NCBI GenBank assembly: GCA_963805625.1
Contig: CAWDVE010000017.1
Location: forward strand, 416,001-480,000
Length of the DNA: 64,000 nucleotides
Reading direction: 5' to 3'
From: an uncultured Candidatus Rokubacteria bacterium
GTDB lineage: Bacteria > Methylomirabilota > Methylomirabilia > Rokubacteriales > DASRDR01
The notes under the pieces were generated by a model. It was not told the DNA's origin. It made no database searches and saw nothing but the letters and a program-made list of their open reading frames with translations. How positions within the stretch are numbered: the stretch's first letter is position 1; each line of letters starts with the position of its first letter. Positions 51,801 to 62,180 of the stretch are shown here, one piece after another. Made by a program: the position numbers and the translations under genes.

Positions 51801-53015
51801 AGGACGTACGCGCACGTGGAAGCCGCTGCCGTGCTGCGCGAGGCGCTCCACCAGGCGGAGCGGCTTGCCGAGGAGGAGCGCGAGGGGCAGCTAACCGCGC
51901 TCTCACTGCGCCTCGCCCACTCGCTCTACTTCCTCGGCCAGTTCCCGGAGGCGCTCGCTCTGCTACTCCGGTGCCGCGAGCAGGCCGCGAGACTCATCGA
52001 CCCGGCCCAGGCCGCGGCCTGGCACTTCTGGCTCGGCTACATGCGGAGCCATCTGGGCGACCACGTTGGGGCCGACGAGGAGGCCCGCCACGCGATTGCC
52101 GAGGCCGAGCGCGCGCACGATACGGTCATCCTCGGCCAGGCGCATTACCTCCTGTCCCGCGGCGGGTTCTGGGCGGGGCGGTTCGCGGAGGGTGCCGAGC
52201 ACGGGCGGCGCGCGGTCGCGCTCCTCCAGCAGACCGAGGCACGCTGGTGGCTCGGTGCTGCCCACTGGGGCGTGGCGTTCAACCACGGCTTCATGGGCGA
52301 GTTCGAGCGCGGGCTCGCGGCCGCGCGCGAGGCCCAGCACGTCGGCGAGACCATCGCGGACCCGCGGCTCCAGGCCTACGCCGCCTGGACGATCGGCTGG
52401 CTCGAGGCGGGTCGCGGTCACGGGGAGATCGGCGTCGAGGCGTGCCGGCGCAGTCTCGAGCACTCGCCGGATCCGGTGAACACCACCGATGCCCTGAGCT
52501 TCCTCGGCGGGGCGTACCTCGAGCTGGGCGACTCCCGCCAGGCGATCCCGCTCCTCGAGGACGCGGTGGAGCGCTGGACCCGCTTCCAGCACCGGCCGAT
52601 GCTGGGCTGGTTCACGGCGGTGCTGGGTGAGGCGTGCCTCGTGGCGGGAAATGCCGCCCGGGCGCGCGAGCTGGCCGCGCGCGGCCGCGAGATCGCCGAG
52701 TCGGTCGGATTCAAGTACGCGGTGGGCTGGGCCTGCCGCGTGCTGGGCCGGATGGCGCGCCTCCATGGGGACGCGGATGAGGCCGAGATCCAGCTCCGAG
52801 CCGGCCTCGCGGCCTTCCTCGAGATCGGCGCGCGCTTCGAGGCGGCCCGGACCGAGCTCGATCTGGCGGTTGGTGCGCTCGCCCGCCGCGACGGCGCCGG
52901 CGGAGCTCGCCTGGCGCGAGAGGCGCTCGCGCGCCTCGCCGGGCTCGGGGCTCCGATCTACGAGGAGCGGGCGCGCCAGCTGGCCGAGGCGCCGGAGTCG
53001 GGCCCCGGTGACTGA
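48885..53015 (+). CDS. sigma54-dependent activator fused to HTH, degenerate class III cyclase-like domain, second P-loop ATPase and TPRs (1376 aa)
   Basis: GETGTGK, ESEMFGYERGAFTDA, FFLDEV, WPGNVREL, Fis-HTH (AARRLGISRNAIRYRI), GEAGIGKT, EGNPFFLEE, helical repeats. Confidence 0.88.
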   Translation: MTMTSMGELVGDSPAIVALREEVRRLLASLGTGRLPPVLIEGETGTGKGLLARLLHRGGPRAAGPFIAINCAAIPETLLESEMFGYERGAFTDARQPKSGLLEAAQRGTFFLDEVGLLPEGVQGKLLKAIEDREVRRLGATRSIALDVWIIAATSEDLAAARQAGRFQEALYHRLSVLTFRLPALRTRGDDVVLLAERFLARACAEYGLGIKRLGTDARRLLLEYPWPGNVRELENVMERVALLGEEAIVGAERLGLALPTGRRPRAAEPPSAAGPATADGDDVEPLLLALEQTSWNVSLAARRLGISRNAIRYRIEKHGLRPGPPRPGPARPLADQPAPEAAPLTPVAPASLPSAAPARGVTSTPAPAPAELRGIPTVRWEQRRVTLLRAALAMGQTPTPVPDRYAGLDLVVGKITTFGGRLEELAATGIVAAFGLDPVEDAPRRAAHAAMAILRATQRARAEGEAVDIRLAIHVGEVVVGQASGTAEMALESKQESWALLGALLAQAEPNSIVVSEAAVPFLEPRFDLLPGEAGPALPGRTYRLVGLEPSALEPRRRLARFVGRGRELELVQSQFAAAERGHGQVVGIVGEAGIGKTRLVTEFRQLLGPEGICLEAHCLSYGTAIPYLPLLDIVRSACGLLDGDSPETLAGKVRERLRALGLEPGDGAAYLLQLLGVKTDADRLDALSPEAVQARTFETLRQLTLRASRRQPLALVVENLHWIDRASEEYLASLVEIVPGAGVLLLFTYRPGYRPPWIDKSYATQIALQPLAPRDSLALVRSVVPAETVPDTLAEAILARAEGNPFFLEELVLVVAERTGDSATPAVPATVQDVLLARISRLSEEAKWALQTAAVLGREVPFDLLRAIWTGPGPLEPQLRELTRLEFLHGHGGLEEPVYSFKHALTREVAYESLMPSRRRELHAAAGEALERLYAGRLEEIADRLAHHYARAERASKAVPYLVRVAERAARTYAHVEAAAVLREALHQAERLAEEEREGQLTALSLRLAHSLYFLGQFPEALALLLRCREQAARLIDPAQAAAWHFWLGYMRSHLGDHVGADEEARHAIAEAERAHDTVILGQAHYLLSRGGFWAGRFAEGAEHGRRAVALLQQTEARWWLGAAHWGVAFNHGFMGEFERGLAAAREAQHVGETIADPRLQAYAAWTIGWLEAGRGHGEIGVEACRRSLEHSPDPVNTTDALSFLGGAYLELGDSRQAIPLLEDAVERWTRFQHRPMLGWFTAVLGEACLVAGNAARARELAARGREIAESVGFKYAVGWACRVLGRMARLHGDADEAEIQLRAGLAAFLEIGARFEAARTELDLAVGALARRDGAGGARLAREALARLAGLGAPIYEERARQLAEAPESGPGD

Positions 53016-53088
53016 GCTGGCCTCGGCCTCACCAGTGAGCGGTGAGCCGGGCCCGCTCCACCGAACCGGCACCACCACCACCACCGGG

Positions 53089-53167
53089 CGGCCAGCCTAT
53101 CGGCCAGCCTATCGGTGCGGTCTAACTTCACGCCGTATCAGGCGCGCCACATGGCGCATCGATTGCT
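53089..53167 (+). promoter_or_regulatory. sigma54 promoter with an upstream 12-bp tandem repeat
   Basis: TGGCGC-ATCGA-TTGCT (53152-53167); (CGGCCAGCCTAT)x2 + CGG at 53089-53115. Confidence 0.65.
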
Positions 53168-53193
53168 CCTCTGCGAAGGCAGGAGGGCGAACC

Positions 53194-53760
53194 ATGCGTG
53201 TGCCTGGAATCCGGTATGCACGAGGGACAGCCTGCCAGGTCGTGACCGGTGTGAGTGTCGTGGCGGTGACCCTGCTGGGCCTGGCCGTTCCGTCCTGGTC
53301 GAGCGACCTGGCACCGCGGCGCGCGGCGTCGGCGCTCGCCGCGGTGGAGGAGGCCCTGGCGCGTGACGACGTGGGGGCCGCGGTACGCGCCTGGCAGACC
53401 GCAGTCGGCGCGGCCCGCGGTGAACGGCGCTGGGAGGCGCTCGTCGCCGTCGGCGATGCGTCGCTTCGCATCGGAGCCATTCCGGGCATCCACGAGTTTC
53501 CCGAGGCGGGGGCCCGGAGCATGTACGCGGAGGCGCTCTTCCGGGCGCGCCAGCAGCGCTCGCTTCGGGGGATCGTGCAGGCGGCCCAGCGGTTCGCGTG
53601 GTTCGGCGACATGGAAGTGGTCGAGCGGAGTCTCCGCATGACCGACTCGCTGGGCACGGTCCCCGCCGACTCCGAGACACTCCCCGCGCTCGAGATCCTC
53701 CGAGTCCGTTCAGTCCTGCGGCTGTCCCAGGCGAGGGAGGGACCCGGCGCCCGGCCGTAG
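53194..53760 (+). CDS. hypothetical exported helical protein
   Basis: AGGAGG RBS, hydrophobic signal/TM segment, Ala/Arg-rich helical body. Confidence 0.7.
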   Translation: MRVPGIRYARGTACQVVTGVSVVAVTLLGLAVPSWSSDLAPRRAASALAAVEEALARDDVGAAVRAWQTAVGAARGERRWEALVAVGDASLRIGAIPGIHEFPEAGARSMYAEALFRARQQRSLRGIVQAAQRFAWFGDMEVVERSLRMTDSLGTVPADSETLPALEILRVRSVLRLSQAREGPGARP

Positions 53761-53899
53761 GCGGCCCAAGTCTTTCGCCGGCGCCGTCGCCTGGAGCGTC
53801 GGCTCGGCCGGTCGGGCGCTCGACGTGCCTCGGAGTCCTCGCGGTGGTTTGCGGAGGGCACCGGCCTGAGGTCGGCCCGGTGGGGGAGCCTGCGTCGGC

Positions 53900-53928
53900 T
53901 TGACAGCGATGGGAGGCTGCAGTAACGT
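53900..53928 (+). promoter_or_regulatory. sigma70-type promoter of tRNA-fMet
   Basis: TTGACA, 17 bp spacer, TAACGT. Confidence 0.65.
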
Positions 53929-53940
53929 TCATCTCGGCAT

Positions 53941-54017
<77 letters not shown>

Positions 54018-54113
54018 AGTCCAGATCAAGCACGACACGGGGGTTAGCGGACACCACCGCTGGCCCCGTTCGTGTTTTTGTGTACGTCCTGTGTACAAAC
54101 GGGACGTTCGCCG

Positions 54114-54660
54114 TCACCGCGCCCCATCCGCCGTTCGACTGACCAGTGACACTACGTTCGACTCCATAGGGAGCTGGCTCACGTAGGCGCCGGTCTGCTC
54201 CATGGCCTCCCGCAGATCGGCCTCGTTCACGATGTTGTAGCGGTCGAACATCGATCGCGTCTTGCCCTGAGACGCCCATCGCCACGGTCTCTCGGACGCC
54301 GGCGCGGACCATGTTCCGGACGGCCGTGCGACGCAAGTCGTGAAAGAGCCGCCCCGAAACGCCGGCGGCCTCGCAGGCGCTCCGCCACGCCTTCCGGAAG
54401 TCCACGATGGGCTTCCCGTGGCGGTGGAAGACGAACGGGGAGAGCGCCGAGGTTCCGTCGGCCGTCTGGTACTTGCGGGCGATCCAGCGCCGCTCGATGA
54501 GGGCGGCGAGTTCCGCATCGAGGGCCAGGGGGCGCCCGTGACCGTTCTTCGCCGCCTCCGGACGCAGCCGGATCACGTTGGCCGCGCGGTCCACGTCCGG
54601 CCACTGGAGCGAGTCTGGGAGCGCTCGCAGGGCCGCCTCCAACTCGCGGTCGTCGCGAAC
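54114..54660 (-). pseudogene. tyrosine recombinase/integrase remnant
   Basis: FHDLRRTAVRNMVRAGV, then a frameshift near 54265 to KTRSMFDRYNI (catalytic Tyr); box I and the N-terminus are missing. Confidence 0.85.
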
Positions 54661-54946
54661 GGGCCCCGGGCTCCCGGATCTTCGAGGTCCAGTCGTTCGC
54701 TGCCCGACGCCGGCCGCTCGTGGACGAGCCTGGACGGCCCCGTCAACGTGTCCTCGCTGCGATCCGCGGGGGCCGACGGGGCAGGAGGTGGTGTCGGGGT
54801 CTGAGACGACGAAGAACGGCATCATCACGAAGAACCGCTGGCTGGCCTACGCTTCTTTGTGACTGGAAATAATCCCTCTCCGAGGCCCCCCACCACGAGT
54901 CCATGCGCGCGCTTAGCCGAATCTTGCCGGTCTGGCTCGACAGAAA

Positions 54947-55160
54947 GTCGGATTTCTTTACAGACGGACGTTGAAGTCGATTTAGCTTCAGGGATGTGCG
55001 TTCCAAATATTTGAGAAACCTTGTGAATTATGAAAATGAGGTGCGATTCAAAGAGACGCCTCATATGTCGGATATTCAGGCAATTTGCCTGACTAGTTCG
55101 GTCTCGACCCTATTAACTCAATGATAACACTAAAGTTTGTCGAGTGGTACGTATATTGCT
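54947..55160 (+). promoter_or_regulatory. sigma54 promoter and enhancer region of the PEP-CTERM gene
   Basis: TGGTAC-GTATA-TTGCT (55145-55160); upstream GTCGGATTTCTTTACA (54947-54962) and TGTCGGATATTC (55066) in AT-rich DNA. Confidence 0.7.
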
Positions 55161-55210
55161 TTCCGTACATTGTTTTCCATAGTGGCGCGGCAGCGAACTC
55201 ATGAGAGGAG

Positions 55211-55930
55211 ATGCCCATGAACAGATTTGTCCTGGCGATCGCAGTAGCGGCAGTGCTTGTCGCGGGCAGCATGGGGTCGGCAATGGCGACCGAGATCTTC
55301 TTCGGGGATCTCGCTCCAGATAGCACGGCCGGCTGCGGTTTCACCGGTGGCGACAAGGGCATTGTGTGCAGCAATCCGTTAACCTTTACGAACTCTGGCG
55401 CCGTCTTCACCGCGACAGGCTTTAACGCTCCGTTTAATCCGGCAGGCGGAGGCGCTCTGACGCTGAAGCCGACTGCCTCATCGCCTCTCCTTGCCACCTT
55501 CCCAGGCCTCCCGTCCAATAGCCTGGGCGAGAGTGGGATTGGTGAGAACGCCGATACCGGCATCCCCTGCTCGGACCCTGACTGCGAGATCGGCCAGACC
55601 TTCGGTGTCTCGATTTCAGTGACCGGTGGCCTGATGGATGACGCCATCATCGGCTCGGTACAGCCCGGCGAAATCTTCAACCTTTTCGCCGGTCCTGGCT
55701 TTACGCTCATCGGCACGTTCGACGGCGCCACCTGCACGCAGGCACCGGGTGTGGATGACAGCTGTCTGGTTACATTCGCTCCCACGTCCGTCATTTGGGT
55801 GCAATCCAACCAAGTGAATACGCTGGTCACGGCGGTGTCGGGAACCTTCGGCGTACCCGAGCCTTCGACGATGGCATTGCTCGGCACGGCCCTGGTTGGT
55901 CTCGGCTTGCTCAGCCGCCGGAAGGCATAG
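55211..55930 (+). CDS. PEP-CTERM sorting domain protein
   Basis: Signal peptide; C-terminal VPEPSTMALLGTALVGLGLLSRRKA. Confidence 0.92.
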   Translation: MPMNRFVLAIAVAAVLVAGSMGSAMATEIFFGDLAPDSTAGCGFTGGDKGIVCSNPLTFTNSGAVFTATGFNAPFNPAGGGALTLKPTASSPLLATFPGLPSNSLGESGIGENADTGIPCSDPDCEIGQTFGVSISVTGGLMDDAIIGSVQPGEIFNLFAGPGFTLIGTFDGATCTQAPGVDDSCLVTFAPTSVIWVQSNQVNTLVTAVSGTFGVPEPSTMALLGTALVGLGLLSRRKA

Positions 55931-56242
55931 CGACCAACCAACTGGGCTTTTCCGAACAGCTTCCAGCGCGCCGCTGCCCCGTCGGTGCTCGCAGACCTGG
56001 CGGGGTCAGCGGCCAGTGTATCTCCGGCGGCCTAAGCAGTCCGCCCTATTCTTCCGCAGCCAGTCAAGCGAGCTCAGGCGACGCGTAGGGAGCACCGCTG
56101 GCCCCCCCGTCTTGGTGGCCCACGTCTGGAACGCCCGCTTTGCCGCTCGGCTCCCTCGCCGTCTCCGCGTGGGGATTCCCCCGATGCATGTCAGAGGACG
56201 GGCAGTGGGGCGACGATCGGCCTTCCGGTTTCCCCAGGCGGC

Positions 56243-57229
56243 GTGGCGGCCGACGCACCGTTGATCGCCAGCTTCCGGGCGGCACGCGGCCCGATCGTTC
56301 TCGACGGGAGCGTCGACCCGGCGCTGCCCGCCGAGCTCGCCGGGGTGTTCGGCGAGGGCTCGGTGACACTGCCGCTCGTCTGGCGGAGGACGCTGACCGG
56401 GTTCCTCCTCCTCGGTCCCGAGCGCACGGGCCTCGGGTACGGGCCGGAGGACCTCCTCTTCATGGCGACGATCGGCGAGCAGGCGGCCGGCTCGATCGCC
56501 ACCGCCCACATGTCGGAGGCGCTCGCGCGCACGCGGGAGTTCGACGCCTTCCACCGCCTGACCTCGTACGTGATCCACGACCTCAAGAACTCGGTCTCCG
56601 CGCTGTCCCTGCTGGCCCGCAACGCCCTCACCTACTTCGACGACCCGGAGTTCCAGCAGGACAGTATCCGGACGCTCTCCCGCACCGTCGAGCGGATGAC
56701 GAGGCTGCTGGGGAAACTGGGGTCGCCCGAGAAGGCCGCCGAGCTGACCCTCGAGCCGGTCGACCTCGCCGCGCTGGTAGACGAGGCCGTCCGGCCCTTG
56801 CGCGCCGACGCGCGTCTCACGGTGCTGACCGACGTCCGACCGATCCCTCCGGTGCCCGCGGACGCCGAGGCCCTCCTCCAGGCGCTCCAGAACCTCGTCA
56901 AGAACGCGGCTGAGGCCATCACCGGAGCGGGCACGGTGACTGTCGCGGTCGAGGGAACGGAGGGGGCGGCGGTCCTCTCGGTGACCGACACGGGGCCGGG
57001 CCTGTCGGAGGAGTTCGTGCGGACGTCCCTCTTCACGCCTTTCCGCTCGACCAAGGACGGCGGCTGGGGGATCGGGCTCTTCCAGGCCCGGGACATCATC
57101 GAGCGCCACGGGGGCATGATCGCCGTGACGAGCACGCCCGGCCGGGGCACGACTTTCCGGGTGCGGCTGCCGGTCGCCGGGGAGGCGATCGCCGGGGTGA
57201 GCGGGGCCTGGCGGGAGGGCCCGGAGTGA
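56243..57229 (+). pseudogene. prsK: 5'-truncated PrsK-like histidine kinase (GAF-HisKA-HATPase)
   Basis: [48 protein letters not shown]; the N-terminal membrane sensor region is absent. Confidence 0.7.
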
Positions 57230-58618
57230 GCCAGCCGCGGCTCCTGATCGTCGAGGACGACGAGGCCATCCAGACCCAGCTCAAGTACGCGCTGCGGGAC
57301 GAGTTCAGCCTCATCTTCGCCGGGGACCGCCCCCAGGCCCTCGCGCGGCTTCGCGAGGCCCAGCCGCCGGTAGTGACCCTCGACCTGGGCCTCCCGCCCG
57401 CCGCCCACACGGCCGAGGAAGGGCTGAAGACCCTGGAGGAGATCCTCCGCGCGGCGCCGTCCACCCGGGTCGTGGTCCTCACGGGGAACGCCGACCGGGC
57501 CAACGCCCTCCGGGCGGTGCAGGCCGGCGCCTTCGACTACCAGGCGAAGCCGGTCGACATCGACGCGCTGAGGGTCGTCCTCCGCCGCGCCCTGTTCCTC
57601 CACGGGGTCGAGACCGAGGCGGCCCACCAGGCGAGCGAGGCCGAGGCGGCGGCCCGCTTCGAGGACATCGTGGGCCACTCGCCGAGGATGCGCGAGATCT
57701 TCGACATCGTGACGCGCGTCGCCCGGACCGATGCCACGGTGCTCGTCGAGGGCGAGAGCGGGACCGGCAAGGAGCTCCTCGCCCGCGCCGTCCACGCGAA
57801 GAGCCGCCGGCGCGACCGCGCCGTTCGTCCCGATCAACTGCGGCGCGATCCCCGAGACGCTGCTAGAGGCGGAGTTGTTCGGACACGAGAAGGGCGCGTA
57901 CACCGACGCCCACGCCCAGCGGAAGGGGAAGCTCGAGGTGGCGGATGGCGGCACGCTCTTCCTGGACGAGATCGGCGAGATGAGCCTGCCGCTCCAGGTC
58001 AAGCTGCTCCGGTTCCTCCAGGAGCGGGAGATCGAGCGGATCGGCGGCCGGGAGCGGATCAAGGTCGACGTCCGGGTCGTCGCGGCGACCAACAAGGATC
58101 TCAAGGCCGAGATCGCGGGCGGGCGCTTCCGGGAGGACCTCTACTTCCGGCTCTCGGTGGTGACGATCACGCTCCCCCCGCTCCGCGAGCGCGGGGAGGA
58201 CATCATCCTCCTGGCCAACACGCTGCTCCGTCGCAACTGCCAGGAACAGCGACGCAAGCTCCAGTTCAGCCCGGACACCTTGGTGGCCCTCGGAGGGTAC
58301 GCGTGGCCGGGGAACATCCGGGAGCTGGAGAACGTGGTCCAGCGGGCCGTCATCATGGCGCGGGGCAAGTTCATCGAGCCGGCCGACCTCGGGTTCGAGG
58401 CGCCTGCGGGATCCGGGGAGGCGCCCCGGCCTCTCAAGGAGGCCCGCAACCAGCTCGAGCGGGAGCTCCTTCTGCAAGCCCTCACCCGGACCAGGGGCAA
58501 CATCAGCCAGGCGGCCAAGGAGCTCGGGGTGAGCCGGCCCACCCTCCACGACCTCCTCGACAAGCACGCCATCGACGGTCGCCTCCTCCGACCGAGCGCC
58601 AACCTGGACGAGAGCTAG
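57226..58618 (+). pseudogene. prsR: PrsR-like sigma54 response regulator with a +1 frameshift near 57811-57817
   Basis: Receiver ([10 protein letters not shown]), GESGTGKE, then in the next frame [27 protein letters not shown] and HTH ([12 protein letters not shown]). Confidence 0.8.
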
Positions 58619-58779
58619 CCGTGCCCCGGGGCTGCGTTGTGGGGTTTCCATCGCGACACGGCGGCACCGTGTCAACGCGATAGCACTTGCGACTGAGATG
58701 AGCGGTGTTCGCAAACAAACTATGCACTGGATTCGTGGACAGGGTCCCAAGGCAACGATTCCAGGGGTCTGGAGGGCCC

Positions 58780-59056
58780 TGGATCCGGCCCGCGCGCCGT
58801 CGCGACACGAGGCGATCAGCGGCGGCTGCTGCCTTCGGCCGGTCTGGTCGACGTCGACATGATTGAACTGACGGCTGAGTTCGCCGCGACCGCCCGGGCC
58901 TGGCTCGCGGGGTACGAGGCCAACGAGCAGGAGCTGTCCGAGCTCGACGCGCCCGGTGCCTTCGCGAAGCGCCAGCGCGACCGGCGGGCCCAGCTGCGCG
59001 CGATTGACGACGGACTGCTACGCCGCGGGCTCTTCTCGGCGTCGCGCCCCACGTAG
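58780..59056 (+). pseudogene. probable C-terminal gene fragment, possibly methyltransferase-like
   Basis: Coding-like frame GPRAVATRGDQRRLL..AGLVDVDMIELTAEF..LLRRGLFSA with no good start. Confidence 0.35.
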
Positions 59057-59314
59057 CCTGGGGCCGGCCGCCGGGGAGGCAGGAGGCGGCGAGATGCGCA
59101 TACTTACTAGCGCGACCTCGCCGGTGCCGCTTGCGCTGGCAGCATTCCGCTTCCGGGTACCGCCTGAATGGTCTGCGCAAGAGAGGCGTCCACGCGGTGC
59201 ACCCCTTCCCGGCCTAGGATGTAGACGGCTCCACTGAAGGGCGAGGGGGACGACGGCCTGCATGGTCGCGCGCCGTACGGTGCCGTCGGGTGTCCGGGCA
59301 ACTACCCATGGCGC

Positions 59315-59696
59315 ATTGCTCGACGTCTCCTTCGGTGGAATCGGAGCCGTAACGCGCGCGCCGATCGGCGTCATGCGCGCGGTGCCGGAGACTCGGCGGT
59401 TGTTGGAGCGCTGCATGGAAGAAGTGCTCACGGTAGCACGCAAGCGCCACGTGGCGTTGGCAGATACAGTCGTGGCCGATACCATGGCCTTCGTGGACTC
59501 GCTGCCCCCAGGCGCGACGACGTCACTGCAACGCGATATTGCCGAATCCAAACCATCCGAACTGGAAGCCTGGAACGGGGCCGTGGTGCGTCTGGCTCGT
59601 GAGCAAGGTGTGGCAACTGCGATCCACGAGTTCGTCTACGGCAGTCTCCTGCCGCTCGAGCTCCGCGCCCGCGGCAGAGTTGCGTTTCCGGAATGA
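59315..59696 (+). pseudogene. ketopantoate reductase (PanE/ApbA) C-terminal fragment
   Basis: GAVTRAPIG..TTSLQRDI..KPSELEAWNGAVVRL; the NAD(P)-binding domain is missing. Confidence 0.75.
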
Positions 59697-60052
59697 TATT
59701 GAGCGCGGTCGACGAGCCAACAGCGGCCGCCGAAGTCAGCGTTGGAGCAGACCGCTGGCTCGCATTCGCTCGCCGCGGCCATGACTACTGCTCACAAATT
59801 TCCGAAGCCGACTGTCTCATTCGACTTGACAACTTCCGCCGACCTATCAGCGCCGCCAGCCTGAGCAGACCGTGCTGTACCTGTAGGGCCGGGCACTGGT
59901 GACTGTGTACGGCCTGTGGCTGAACCGAGCCGACGTGGGGTTGGGTGGGGTGGGTCGTCGACCTCGGAATCGCCGTTCTTTTCGGTGGTTGTCGGTTGGT
60001 CTAGGCCCACGTTCCGCACTTCTCGGGGACAATACCTCGGAATTCCGATGAC

Positions 60053-61783
60053 CTACATGGGCCAACGGAACGCGCGGGTGGGGACGCCGAGGAGGCCGAG
60101 CACCTGACGCTGGAGATCGGTCAGCTCGGCCTCGAACCCCTGCACGGGGTGGCCGTCGTCGAGCAGCACATGGCGCTCGACGAGGCTGAAGAGCCGCAGG
60201 ACCTGTTCCGGGGTCGGCGGCTTGCAGCGCCGTTGTTCTGGGTACAGCGGTAACTCGGCGATCCGCTGCTGCTGCATCGCCAGCCGGAGCTCCCGTTCAA
60301 TCAAGGCCTGCACCAGCAGCCCGAGGAAGTACAGCGTGAACAGCGCCTCGATCCGGCCCTCGTTCTTGAGGAAGACTGGGGCGATCTCGTGGACGGTCTT
60401 GATCTGCTCGAACCGTTTCTCGATCGTCGGCTGGCCCTTGTGCGCCTCCAGGACCTGGGCGGGGGCCAGGGTGCGGTCATTGGTCAAGAGCGGGTACATC
60501 CCATCGCTCTTGCGGTCGTAGGCGATCGCGGTCTCGTCGAGCGTCCACGCCACATCCCAGCGCCGGCGGGTGAGCTTGCGGTAGGCCGTCTGCGGCCCCG
60601 GTCGTCCGCGCCGCCATTGGCGGAAGCGATGGTCCTCCCGGACCGTGCGGCGGACCTCGAGGGAGCGCCCGACTGTGTGCTGCGCGAGGATCTGCGCAAG
60701 CCGTCGGTCCACCTCCCGGGTCGTCCGCAGCCGCGTCTTCGGACTGGCGAGCCGGACCCGCAGCTCGCCGAGCGCCTCAAACGCGGCGGCGAGCCGCTCC
60801 CGCCGGCTCTGCTCCTGGCGTAGCGCGAGCAGCGGGCTCCACACCCAGATCACCGGCCACGCTTCCCGCGAGGGGAGCGGCGCCCGGCAGACGTACCACC
60901 GGTCACGGGGGCCGCCCTTCCGGCGGGGATTCGGCCGGTCCCAGACCAACTCCCAGGGGGGCTCGTGGGTCTGGACCCACTTCCGGAACTCCCGGTCTTC
61001 CAGCCGCGACCGGGGCAGGACGGTGACGAACCGGCCGCGGTGCCGGTCAAGGTAGTCCATGTTCTCTCGCGTGCAGAGCTTGGAGTCGGCGACGTAGAGG
61101 AAGTCCGCGCGGCCCGCCACCGCGCGCAGCGTCTCCCAGGTCTCGATGTGGGTCTGCGAGTCGTTGGTCCGGCCGTCGGTGCACCGGAACTGGACGGGCA
61201 CCCCGCCGTCCGCACTCGTGGTGAGCGAGAACAGGAGCTGCTTGAGGTCCGGCCGGTGATCCTTGGAGTGGCCGTAGGTGATCCAGGGCGCCCGCTGCCC
61301 CCGCAGGCGCCGGCCCGTGGCCGCGTGGTACTGGCCGCAGAAGCGGACCGTCGTCGAGTCGTTGTGGAGTTGACTGAAGCGGACCCCGAACCGCTGGCCG
61401 ACGGCGACGACGACCTCGGTCAACAGCGCGGCGCGGTCAGCATCGAACAGCCGATCGAGCGCCCGCCCGATCCGATCATCCCCCAGGGCCTGCACCTCCG
61501 CGGGCGCCAGCCCGTACATCGCCGGGGCGAACGTCCGCACGGTCTCCTGTTGCCGGTAGATCGGCTCCCGCTCCACGATGACGGAGCGCAGCAGGACGCC
61601 CAGGGCTCGCGCGTGGGGCACGTCGCAGCGGTGATCCACCGTCGGCACGGCCCGGTCCAGGACCGCCTCGAGCCCCATGCGCTGCAGGACGTGGTTGATG
61701 ATCGGCACGGGCCCCAGCCGTTCGGTGCGCAGCGTGAAGGGGCCCGGGCCCCCACGGGGCGAAAAGGCTTGCCGTGGCCTCAT
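60053..61783 (-). CDS. IS1634-family DDE transposase
   Basis: HNDSTT, YGHSKDHRPDLKQ, YVADSKL, IEKRFEQIK, PVFLK..RIEA. Confidence 0.9.
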   Translation of the reverse strand: MRPRQAFSPRGGPGPFTLRTERLGPVPIINHVLQRMGLEAVLDRAVPTVDHRCDVPHARALGVLLRSVIVEREPIYRQQETVRTFAPAMYGLAPAEVQALGDDRIGRALDRLFDADRAALLTEVVVAVGQRFGVRFSQLHNDSTTVRFCGQYHAATGRRLRGQRAPWITYGHSKDHRPDLKQLLFSLTTSADGGVPVQFRCTDGRTNDSQTHIETWETLRAVAGRADFLYVADSKLCTRENMDYLDRHRGRFVTVLPRSRLEDREFRKWVQTHEPPWELVWDRPNPRRKGGPRDRWYVCRAPLPSREAWPVIWVWSPLLALRQEQSRRERLAAAFEALGELRVRLASPKTRLRTTREVDRRLAQILAQHTVGRSLEVRRTVREDHRFRQWRRGRPGPQTAYRKLTRRRWDVAWTLDETAIAYDRKSDGMYPLLTNDRTLAPAQVLEAHKGQPTIEKRFEQIKTVHEIAPVFLKNEGRIEALFTLYFLGLLVQALIERELRLAMQQQRIAELPLYPEQRRCKPPTPEQVLRLFSLVERHVLLDDGHPVQGFEAELTDLQRQVLGLLGVPTRAFRWPM

Positions 61784-61829
61784 GCTGTCGCTAGTATTAG
61801 CGACAACAGAGGAGGTCGTGTCAAGCTTT

Positions 61830-62180
61830 ATGTCACCTCAACCCCCCGACGTCCTGCTCCGACGGGCCCAGGCGCGGATCGTCCGAGTCCGCGAGGCCAT
61901 CCGGGGTGTCGACTACCTGTGCTCCGGCACGCTCCTGCGGCGCACGAAGCTCTGCGGAAGACCCGGGTGCCGGTGTGCCCAGGATCCCGCCGCTCGCCAT
62001 GGCCCGTACTACGAGTGGGGGCACATGAAGGGCGGTAAGCTCGTCCACCGGATGATCTCGGCACAGCAGGCCGCCCGCCTCCGAGCGGCGATCAAGAACT
62101 ACCGAACAGTGCGGCGGCTGCTCCGCGCGTGGGAGGCGGAAACGGAGCGCGTCATCGAGGCAGAAGACCAGCGACGCTGA
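61830..62180 (+). CDS. small Cys/His protein (DUF6788-like), IS passenger
   Basis: GTLLRRTKLCGRPGCRC..HGPYYEW motif; divergent from the transposase and inside the TIRs. Confidence 0.75.
   Translation: MSPQPPDVLLRRAQARIVRVREAIRGVDYLCSGTLLRRTKLCGRPGCRCAQDPAARHGPYYEWGHMKGGKLVHRMISAQQAARLRAAIKNYRTVRRLLRAWEAETERVIEAEDQRR

Noticed and set aside
59697-60000. Short ORFs after the panE fragment
   Set aside because: Atypical composition and no recognisable product; probably decayed island DNA.
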